IMG/VR virus record: IMGVR_UViG_3300046744_000205
Span: 1-61,200 of that record
DNA: 61,200 nucleotides
Strand: one strand, 5' to 3'
From: a virus
Taxonomy: Duplodnaviria; Caudoviricetes
The notes under the pieces were generated by a model. That model worked only from the letters and a program-made list of their open reading frames with translations, was not told the origin of the DNA and made no database searches. Each line of letters starts with the position of its first letter. Position 1 is the first letter of the stretch. Shown piece after piece: positions 1 through 6,999 of the stretch. Made by a program: the position numbers and the translations under genes.

Positions 1-311
1 CTGTTGTTTACAAAACGAATTGTTCTATAGGGAATCGCAGTTGCACTTGGAAGAGTAATAGTATACGTTCCTGAACCACCTGTCCAATCAAAATCAACTA
101 CGTTAACCATTTGAGTAAGTGTTGATGTTCCTCCTGCTGAAGCATTCACAAATAATACAGGCTCAAGTTTTGTAATTGACTCTGTGCAAGACTGACACAA
201 CTCATCAATGGTATACGCATCTCTCATTGCGTTAGCCTGTGAAGAACCTTTGTTCTCCGTTTCTACTCCCGGTGCTACTCCGTGAAATTTTGTCCCTGAT
301 GGTATTGGCAT
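1..311 (-). CDS. Partial allele of 59317-59781 (putative fibre/decoration protein), truncated by window edge
   Basis: ATG at 311, MPIPSGTKFHGVAPGVETENKGSSQANAM..., nearly identical to 59317-59781. Confidence 0.85.
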   Translation of the reverse strand, partial: MPIPSGTKFHGVAPGVETENKGSSQANAMRDAYTIDELCQSCTESITKLEPVLFVNASAGGTSTLTQMVNVVDFDWTGGSGTYTITLPSATAIPYRTIRFVNN

Positions 312-562
312 TATCCTGTATATTTTTTAGTCACTCTTCCTGCCTTAGTGTTAGCTACAACAGTTTTACCTTTTCTTCCTGCTCTCTTTTTCTTACGAGC
401 AGTCTTTGCTCTCTCAGCCTTAGTCATAGACTTAGCCTTAGCAAGTGGCAGACAACGGTCAGGGTTCTTCTTATCCTTGCTTGTGCCACAAGCACCCTTT
501 ATTGACCCATCCGTTCCGATGCGTACCCACTTCTCGTCTCTCCACTTTTTTAACTCACCCAT
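311..562 (-). CDS. Small basic protein (83 aa)
   Basis: ORF track; TAATG coupling at both ends; allele at 60115-60369 differs mostly synonymously. Confidence 0.85.
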   Translation of the reverse strand: MGELKKWRDEKWVRIGTDGSIKGACGTSKDKKNPDRCLPLAKAKSMTKAERAKTARKKKRAGRKGKTVVANTKAGRVTKKYTG

Positions 563-723
563 TAGTAAGACTTCTTTTCACTTCCGTAATATGGGTTGTT
601 CTTTACAGTTCCTCCCATCATTTTTGCAAAAGATGTAGCTTGTGCTTTACCTGTTGCACTATAAGGGAATTTTTTTGTTTTCATCTTGCCCGATGTAGAG
701 CACTTATATTTTACTGTTGGCAT
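562..723 (-). CDS. Small basic protein (53 aa, MPTVKYKCSTSGKMK...)
   Basis: Manual translation; TAATG overlap; allele at 60369-60530. Confidence 0.8.
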   Translation of the reverse strand: MPTVKYKCSTSGKMKTKKFPYSATGKAQATSFAKMMGGTVKNNPYYGSEKKSY

Positions 724-727
724 AATA

Positions 728-850
728 TTATTTTTTTGGCTTAGTGTGTGTGTATCCTTTTTTCTTTAAAGAATTATGCTGAGCTAATGTTTTAGCTACT
801 TTTTTAATTCCTGTTTTACTATACATATTATGTACTTTAAATTTCTTCAT
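728..850 (-). CDS. Small basic protein (40 aa, MKKFKVHNMYSKTG...), left copy only
   Basis: Manual translation; TAATG overlap with upstream gene. Confidence 0.7.
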   Translation of the reverse strand: MKKFKVHNMYSKTGIKKVAKTLAQHNSLKKKGYTHTKPKK

Positions 851-1005
851 TACTTCTTACTCTTCTTTGCGTAGTTAGGGTCTTTACAATATTTACTCGC
901 AGCCATATTCGCATATGCTGAAGGATAGGTATCAAAGGTTCGCTTTGCCCAAGCTATACCTGCTGAACATATCTTGTTACTTTTCTTTTTAGTTCTTCCT
1001 GCCAT
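850..1005 (-). CDS. Small basic protein (51 aa, MAGRTKKKSNKICSAGIAWAKRTFDTYPSAYAN...)
   Basis: Manual translation; same protein at 60535-60690. Confidence 0.8.
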   Translation of the reverse strand: MAGRTKKKSNKICSAGIAWAKRTFDTYPSAYANMAASKYCKDPNYAKKSKK

Positions 1006-1136
1006 TACTTACCTTGTCCTATGTATTGTTTCTTATAGTTCTTTGAACCTTTATTGCTTGATGTCTTAGACTTAGCGTGTACTCCGGGTCTTTTAACTTT
1101 AGCCTTTTTATTATATGAAGATAGTGTTATTGCCAT
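1005..1136 (-). CDS. Small basic protein (43 aa, MAITLSSYNKK...GQGK)
   Basis: Manual translation; diverged allele at 60827-60958. Confidence 0.8.
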   Translation of the reverse strand: MAITLSSYNKKAKVKRPGVHAKSKTSSNKGSKNYKKQYIGQGK

Positions 1137-1387
1137 TATTTTTTTCTTTTAATTCTCCCTATACCTGATCTTATTAATTGAGGTATATCTCCCAATCCTT
1201 TTAAACCTTTTACTTTAGTAGGAGCTACCCTGCCTTTTGTGTTTCTAGGATCTGAAACATTAGGAAGTTTTATTTTATCAATATCTTTGTCTTTCATCCC
1301 TATGTCATCGTATTTTTTTTTTATTTTAGCGTAATTTGCTACTAAGACATCTCCGGGCTTAACAACTTTAGGTTTTCCTTTGTTCAT
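1136..1387 (-). CDS. Small basic protein (83 aa)
   Basis: ORF track; allele at 60958-61200; upstream TAAATTTG -7 element. Confidence 0.8.
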   Translation of the reverse strand: MNKGKPKVVKPGDVLVANYAKIKKKYDDIGMKDKDIDKIKLPNVSDPRNTKGRVAPTKVKGLKGLGDIPQLIRSGIGRIKRKK

Positions 1388-1430
1388 TTTTTATTATCTT
1401 CGTATTGCAAATTTAATCAATTTTATTTTT

Positions 1431-1883
1431 ATGTCTAAACATAACCCTGCACACGATTATTTAAAATATTGGAAGGTTGTTAGGTATTTTGTAAAAGCCA
1501 AATATAAAATAAATACAGCAGATCTAGATATGCTATTATTTTTATACTCTGAAAGGTATTTCTCAAAAAGTCAATTTAAAGAATTTAATGAACTACTATC
1601 TTGGGATATAAATAGATTTAGTAGGTTACTTAGAGATGGTTGGATATCAGTATTTAGAAAACGTCAAGGTAATAAAAAAACATTGTACGAATTATCGTAC
1701 AAAGGAAAACGAATGATTTCTTCTATATATAGTAAACTAAACGGAGAAGAAATACCAATGGACCGATCAAACAACCCTATGTACGCTAAAAACGTAAGTT
1801 ATTCAGATAAGGTATACAAAAACTTTATAACAGATATGAACAAATACATTAGAGAACAACGACAACATCATTCTCAGAAATGA
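1431..1883 (+). CDS. Winged-helix (MarR-like) DNA-binding protein
   Basis: DLDMLLFLY...RLLRDGWI...YELSYKGK wHTH pattern; start chosen at MSKHNP after TATCTTCG. Confidence 0.65.
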   Translation: MSKHNPAHDYLKYWKVVRYFVKAKYKINTADLDMLLFLYSERYFSKSQFKEFNELLSWDINRFSRLLRDGWISVFRKRQGNKKTLYELSYKGKRMISSIYSKLNGEEIPMDRSNNPMYAKNVSYSDKVYKNFITDMNKYIREQRQHHSQK

Positions 1884-2106
1884 TGGTGTATGGCTCATTC
1901 TCAATCAGCATTGTAAACCCTGCTCGCTTATCGTAGTATATCTCGTCATCTTCCTTAATGACCTCTACTGTACTACCCGGCTTTACAACCTTACCCTTCT
2001 TATATCGCATCTGATTTGCATCTTCTGCTGACAACAACAACCCGGAGGAGGTTTTGATTTCCTCCTCGATTGTTTTAATCACTATATACTTTCCTATTGG
2101 TTTCAT
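1849..2106 (-). CDS. groES: Co-chaperonin GroES
   Basis: MKPIGKYIVIK...KTSSGLLL mobile loop...GKVVKPG...IISENDVVVV; coupled to groEL. Confidence 0.92.
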   Translation of the reverse strand: MKPIGKYIVIKTIEEEIKTSSGLLLSAEDANQMRYKKGKVVKPGSTVEVIKEDDEIYYDKRAGFTMLIENEPYTIISENDVVVVL

Positions 2107-3707
2107 TTCTCTTCGTAGCTTCTTGCCATTGTTATAATAGCGTTAGTGGATAGAATAGTTACCGCAACTGATACAGCATTCTGTAGTGCGTTCTTAGTTA
2201 CCTTCAACGGGTCAATAACACCCATCTTGTACATATCACCGAACTCACCTGTCTTAGCATTGTATCCGTAATTCTTTACAGGGTTATCTGTCAGCTTTGA
2301 CGATATGTCATCAACACTTACTCCTGCGTTTCTTATAATTTGCTTAAATGGTTCTAAGCAAGCATAAGCCATAATCTCAACTGCTTTATGGTTATAATCT
2401 TTTCTCTCACCAATAGATGCAACACTAGCGTGCTCTAATGCTACACCACCTCCGGGTAATATACCTTCCTCAAGTGCTGAACGTACTGCACAGACAGCAT
2501 CATCAATCCTGTCATATAGCTCCTTCTGCTCAAGGTCCGTCTTACCACCGGCATATATCACACCTATACCACCTGTTAGTGATGCGATACGAGATAGTAT
2601 AAATTCTTTAGCTTCTTTGTTAGCTGCGTTCTTATGCTGCTCCCATAGCTGCTCAACCCTCTCATCAATCACATCACTATGCGTGTCCTCATCTTTAATG
2701 ATAATAGTTGACTTATCCTCTGCAATAATCTTAGCTGCGTGACCTAGGTCCTCCATTGTCATAATGCTCAGGTCATCACCTGTCTTCTCAGAGAAGTATG
2801 TTGCACCTACCGAGATAGCTATGTCCTGCATCAGCTCGTGCTGCTTGTAACCAAAGTTAGGTGGCTGAACCACACATACCTTCAGGTTACTCTTCATCAC
2901 ATTCGCTGCTAGCGTGTTAAGTACGTTAGTTGAACACGGTGCTATAATCAATAACTTCTTATTTTCCTGTATGATTGGTTTAAGTATGGTCTCAATGTTT
3001 AGTATGTTTGCTATCTCAGCATCACTAACCAACACATATGTATCTTCTAATATACATTCATCCTTCTTTTGATCATTAATGAACAATGGACTAGAGTACC
3101 CTCTATCAACCTTTATACCTCTAGTAGATTCATAATACGTCTCAGACGTCTGCGACCTATCTACGGTCACTATACCGTTCTCTCCTACATCCCCATAAAC
3201 ATCCGCTATGATCTTTCCTAACTCCGGGTCGTTATTTGCAGAAATAGTTGCCACATCTTTGAGGTTTTTCTTTGTAACCTTCCTAGATGACTTCTTTAAG
3301 TTCGCAACAACATCTTCTGTTATCTTTACCATATCACGAAGTACCTCTGTCTTATTTGTGTCATCAATCAGCTCCATACCCTTTAAGACCAAAGCCTCAG
3401 TAAGTACAATAGCTGTTGTCGTTCCATCACCTGCTGATGATGCCGTACGTTCAGAAGCCTCCTTCATCATACGAACCGCTAAGTTCTCTACAGGGTCAAT
3501 TAAGCTAACTGCCTTAGCTACTGTGACACCATCCTTGGTTACTGTAATGCCGTGTGTGTGATTTGGTGATTCGATGAGTACAGTCTGACCTGACGGTCCT
3601 AATGTTGATTTGACTGCATCTGAAATGGTTTTTATACCATTGATGAGTTTGTCTCTTCCCTCCTTACCGAATTTTAAGTTCTTCGGAGTGTATCCGGATT
3701 CATTCAT
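2103..3707 (-). CDS. groEL: Chaperonin GroEL
   Basis: TLGP, TKDGVTVAK, AGDGTTT, GILPGGGVAL, GVIDPLKV motifs; 534 aa; no GGM tail. Confidence 0.98.
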   Translation of the reverse strand: MNESGYTPKNLKFGKEGRDKLINGIKTISDAVKSTLGPSGQTVLIESPNHTHGITVTKDGVTVAKAVSLIDPVENLAVRMMKEASERTASSAGDGTTTAIVLTEALVLKGMELIDDTNKTEVLRDMVKITEDVVANLKKSSRKVTKKNLKDVATISANNDPELGKIIADVYGDVGENGIVTVDRSQTSETYYESTRGIKVDRGYSSPLFINDQKKDECILEDTYVLVSDAEIANILNIETILKPIIQENKKLLIIAPCSTNVLNTLAANVMKSNLKVCVVQPPNFGYKQHELMQDIAISVGATYFSEKTGDDLSIMTMEDLGHAAKIIAEDKSTIIIKDEDTHSDVIDERVEQLWEQHKNAANKEAKEFILSRIASLTGGIGVIYAGGKTDLEQKELYDRIDDAVCAVRSALEEGILPGGGVALEHASVASIGERKDYNHKAVEIMAYACLEPFKQIIRNAGVSVDDISSKLTDNPVKNYGYNAKTGEFGDMYKMGVIDPLKVTKNALQNAVSVAVTILSTNAIITMARSYEEK

Positions 3708-3728
3708 ATTAAATTAAATTATTTGCAG

Positions 3729-3759
3729 CAAATATAAATAATTTTAACGAATGATCAAG
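3729..3759 (-). promoter_or_regulatory. Bacteroidota-type promoter for groEL-groES
   Basis: CTTG-N19-TATATTTG on minus strand. Confidence 0.65.
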
Positions 3760-3952
3760 TGACGATTTTCATTTTTTCTATATAGTAGTAGTAGTAGTAG
3801 TAGTAGTAGTAATTTTTTTTTCTCAATTATTTTAGGGTAAAAATCGTCAAAATCGTCAAGGTATTTGATAATCAGGCTTTTAACCTCTGAAAATCGTCAC
3901 AAAATCGTCAGAAAATCGTCAAAAATCGTCACAAAAAAGGGGATAATCGTGA
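3760..3952. repeat. Iteron module A (AATCGTCA repeats, IHF site, (TAG)n tract)
   Basis: AATCGTCA at 3842, 3851, 3892, 3903, 3914, 3924; inverted copy at 3760; AATCAG-GCTT-TTA at 3870-3882. Confidence 0.85.
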
Positions 3953-3963
3953 AATTACCCCCT
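3933..3963 (-). terminator. Possible intrinsic terminator
   Basis: GGGG-ATAAT/ATTA-CCCC imperfect stem with T run on minus strand. Confidence 0.45.
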
Positions 3964-3996
3964 ATAAACAATTAAAACACAATATAAACAAACTAT

Positions 3997-4170
3997 TTAT
4001 AGTCCGAATATTTTTGATTTTATCTCTCCCAATGCAACTCCTTGAGATAACATTGCGATTTTTTCCATCTTCTTGATGGCTTTTTTATTTTCAACAGCTT
4101 GTTGGATTCCTGTTACTCCATCTTTATTTTTTTGAAGGTGTCCCTTCAATCTATTTTTTGAATTGATCAT
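3997..4170 (-). CDS. Hypothetical protein (57 aa, MINSKNRLKGHLQ...)
   Basis: Manual translation; ATGA coupling to 4167-4316. Confidence 0.6.
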   Translation of the reverse strand: MINSKNRLKGHLQKNKDGVTGIQQAVENKKAIKKMEKIAMLSQGVALGEIKSKIFGL

Positions 4171-4316
4171 AGTTTTTGATATCTAATGTGTAAACTTAAT
4201 AAACCTAAGTACAAGATAAACTCTCCGTAGTCAAAATCCTTATCTACCCCGTAATAAGAAAAGCCTAACGCAAAACCTATCTGAAGCCTGTTCTGTAGAC
4301 TTATCTCATACTGCAT
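4167..4316 (-). CDS. Hypothetical hydrophobic protein (49 aa, MQYEISLQNRLQIGFALGFSYY...)
   Basis: Manual translation; TATATTTG 3 nt upstream of ATG. Confidence 0.65.
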   Translation of the reverse strand: MQYEISLQNRLQIGFALGFSYYGVDKDFDYGEFILYLGLLSLHIRYQKL

Positions 4317-4821
4317 ATGCAAATATAGCATTTTATCAGATATATAGAACCAACGGGTTCTAGGGTTTTTTTATAAAAAGTTTTAAAAAAGAAAAACAAT
4401 TTTTTTTTTGGCTAGGGGAGTGTCTAGTATTGTGGTCACATGGATTTTTTGGCGAATTAGTATAGGCATGGCTATCGCCATAGGCTATGGCTAGCTTTTA
4501 CGCTAGCTATACCCACCTAAACGCTGTGCCGTATGGCTGTGGCTGTGGCTGTTGTAGTTCATAGTGAACTTGCTTGCTTGCTTTGCTAGGGAATAAAGGG
4601 ATTGAGAGTTTCCGACATGTCGGAAAAGGTAAACACGCACTACAAAGGAAGATAACCCAATCACCCGTATTCACTAGGGTAAACAAAACATAGTGTTAAC
4701 ATTTGTTAAAAAAAGCTCATGGAAATAGCCTTGAGCTCATGATCAAAACTGATCAAAAATTAACATTTGTTAATGAGATATGGGCATTTTTAGCCTATTT
4801 TTAGGGTAGCATCAGAATCCT

Positions 4822-4841
4822 CTATCCACAACTTATCCACA
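4822..4841 (+). promoter_or_regulatory. Tandem DnaA boxes
   Basis: CTATCCACA (4822-4830) and perfect TTATCCACA (4833-4841), 11 bp apart. Confidence 0.65.
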
Positions 4842-4903
4842 GGGTAAAGCCTTGGAAATACTAGGAATGTGCTTTCCGATGGGTCGGAAAAGTGTCCGTT
4901 CAA

Positions 4904-4935
4904 TTTGCGTACATCAAATGTATAATGTATATTTG
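4904..4935 (+). promoter_or_regulatory. Early promoter
   Basis: TTTG-N20-TATATTTG. Confidence 0.8.
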
Positions 4936-4972
4936 TATCAAATAATTTAATAATAACATAAAAACAATTATC

Positions 4973-5740
4973 ATGAAAAAAACAATTGAAATTAAGTACA
5001 ACGACTTACTAGAAGTCAACAAAGTAAAGGCTTTCACTAGCCTAGAGAGACAAAACGAATTCGACAAATTCAAGAACATCACATTGGCGAAGTCATTAAT
5101 CATTGGTAAACATATCGCATGGTATGAAGACAAGGGTAGTGAGATGCTAGCAAATGACAACTTCAAGTTTGACTTTAGCAAAACCAAGGATGGGATTATC
5201 AAGACTGCTAAAGCGGGAGAGCAAACTTCAATGAATGCTAAAAATGAAAATTGCGAATTTGTTCACTTTTCTGCTCACTTTTATGGAATCAAAAAATCTG
5301 ATTCTTATGATGCGAGAAAGGTTTACAAGATTGACAAGAAAGTGATTGATGCTTTTCTAGAGCAAATCCAAAAAGATGACAATGCTCTAGCAATGAGAAT
5401 TTCATCGCTTATCAAATTTGCCAAGCAACTAGATGCGGGAGTTAGCCCAGAGGAACAAAATTCCGACGCGTCGGAAAAAGATGAAAGCAAAAAGGCTAGT
5501 CGCAAAGCGAATGTAGTTTTCAGAGTGGGAGCAAATCAGTTCACCGAGTTTGAAGATGGCAAGACCGAAATTAAGGGAGATGCTGAAAAGCTAATCGAGC
5601 AAGCCAAAGCAATGATAGCCAAGCTGAAAATGCAACAAGCTAGAGATGCAAAAAAGCAAGAGCAAGCCGACAAGAAAAAAGCGAAGTCTGATGCAAAGCG
5701 AGCAGAGGAACAAGCGAAGGCTGACATGGAAACGGCTTAA
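4973..5740 (+). CDS. First early protein, possible HTH DNA-binding protein with charged helical C-terminus
   Basis: 255-aa ORF with own promoter and terminator; FSAHFYGIKKSDSYDARKVY segment is HTH-like (weak). Confidence 0.75.
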   Translation: MKKTIEIKYNDLLEVNKVKAFTSLERQNEFDKFKNITLAKSLIIGKHIAWYEDKGSEMLANDNFKFDFSKTKDGIIKTAKAGEQTSMNAKNENCEFVHFSAHFYGIKKSDSYDARKVYKIDKKVIDAFLEQIQKDDNALAMRISSLIKFAKQLDAGVSPEEQNSDASEKDESKKASRKANVVFRVGANQFTEFEDGKTEIKGDAEKLIEQAKAMIAKLKMQQARDAKKQEQADKKKAKSDAKRAEEQAKADMETA

Positions 5741-5757
5741 GCCTAACCACTAACCAC

Positions 5758-5787
5758 AAGCCCACTCATTGAGTGGGCTTTTTTTTT
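5758..5787 (+). terminator. Intrinsic terminator
   Basis: AAGCCCACTC-ATT-GAGTGGGC followed by T9. Confidence 0.9.
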
Positions 5788-6039
5788 ATAATTTTTTTTT
5801 CAAAAAACTATCATATTGTATATAATACTTTGTATTATATGATATGATTTATGTTTGATTACTATGTAATCAAACTATCATCGGCGGTCGCGGGGCAGGT
5901 CGGCGGTCGCGGGCAGATCCAAAAAAGCTTTCCGACGTGTCGGAAAATTCAACATAAATTTATCAAAAAAATAAAAACCAAAATGAAAACAAAAAATCAT
6001 CAAAAATAAAAAGAAAACAAAAAGAAAACTCTACTAAAA

Positions 6040-6071
6040 TTTGGTCATGTCGTACAAATTGCGTACATTCG
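6040..6071 (+). promoter_or_regulatory. Early promoter
   Basis: TTTG-N20-TACATTCG. Confidence 0.7.
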
Positions 6072-6097
6072 TAGTATAATATTAAAAAGGAAAGAAA

Positions 6098-6250
6098 ATG
6101 AAAGAAATCATTGCACTTGTGTGGAAAGACAAAACAATCACGCACAAAAAAGGAAAAAAAGTTGTGACTCAATCAGTTGATGAGTTTATTTATCAGTCAT
6201 TAATAAACCAAGTCACTATTCCGACACGTCGGAAAAAGAAAGATAACTAA
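6098..6250 (+). CDS. Hypothetical protein (50 aa, MKEIIALVWKDK...)
   Basis: Manual translation downstream of promoter. Confidence 0.5.
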   Translation: MKEIIALVWKDKTITHKKGKKVVTQSVDEFIYQSLINQVTIPTRRKKKDN

Positions 6251-6252
6251 AG

Positions 6253-6284
6253 TTTGGTCATATGGTACAAATGCCGTACATTTG
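6253..6284 (+). promoter_or_regulatory. Early promoter
   Basis: TTTG-N20-TACATTTG. Confidence 0.8.
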
Positions 6285-6353
6285 TAGTATAATAATTAAG
6301 AAAGAAAGAAATACTAACCTTTCCGACATGTCGGAAAACAAATTAAAAACAAA

Positions 6354-6725
6354 ATGAAAATAAAACAAAATTTCGCAGATGTAGTTGACATGAAAAGCCA
6401 CCTTGACCAATTTGATTGGAGAGAAGATGAAACAAGTAACAAGCTAGTTACAAACGATTTTGAGTTATCGTACAAGGCTAAATTGACTCAAGGCTATAAT
6501 GCAGGAGCGAGGTGGCACATGCTAATGCCATCAGTTCAAATCAGAGACATAAAGACCAATGAAATATTTTATAGGTGGGACATGTCTACACTAGCAGAGT
6601 GCAGTATCTTTTTAAGATGGTACGAAGAGATAAGAGCAAAAGCAAATAGAGAAAATGCCAATTTTCGTTCACGTAACAGAGCGTCAGCATTAAATAAGTT
6701 TTTTGAAGATTATGAGAGAATGTAG
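6354..6725 (+). CDS. Hypothetical early protein
   Basis: ORF track; A-rich leader. Confidence 0.75.
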   Translation: MKIKQNFADVVDMKSHLDQFDWREDETSNKLVTNDFELSYKAKLTQGYNAGARWHMLMPSVQIRDIKTNEIFYRWDMSTLAECSIFLRWYEEIRAKANRENANFRSRNRASALNKFFEDYERM

Positions 6726-6963
6726 TATAACAAAAGAAAAAATGACTGAAGGATGGATAGATGAAGATGTCTATAAATACTTCAAGTATCAGAAAGATGT
6801 CGTTGCTTATATAAAAAAGATAATGATCGAGGACAATGCTATGGGCGTTGCCGATTGGAATACAAACCAATCTGATGATGACATTTGTGATATAGGATAC
6901 AACCACTTCAATATATATTGGACTGAGTGGGTAGATGATCCATTAGTAGAAGAAGAAGATTAA
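6703..6963 (+). CDS. Hypothetical acidic early protein
   Basis: ORF track. Confidence 0.7.
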   Translation: MKIMRECSITKEKMTEGWIDEDVYKYFKYQKDVVAYIKKIMIEDNAMGVADWNTNQSDDDICDIGYNHFNIYWTEWVDDPLVEEED

Positions 6964-6999
6964 CCTTTCCGATATGTCGGAAAACAAATAAATAAAGTT

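Larger units (their letters stand above)
1..1370. repeat. Left copy of imperfect terminal duplication (homologous to 59471-61198)
   Basis: 1-311 aligns to 59471-59781 with scattered substitutions; later blocks align with whole-gene indels. Confidence 0.95.
4330..4972. other. Non-coding strand-switch region; candidate physical genome end/control region
   Basis: Divergence point of the two transcription blocks; dense in palindromes and short repeats. Confidence 0.55.

Noticed and set aside
1-1370. True direct terminal repeat
   Set aside because: Copies differ by substitutions and whole genes and cut through ORFs
2103-3707. groEL as host contamination
   Set aside because: Reversed gene order, no GGM tail, shares the CCAG avoidance and is contiguous with phage genes
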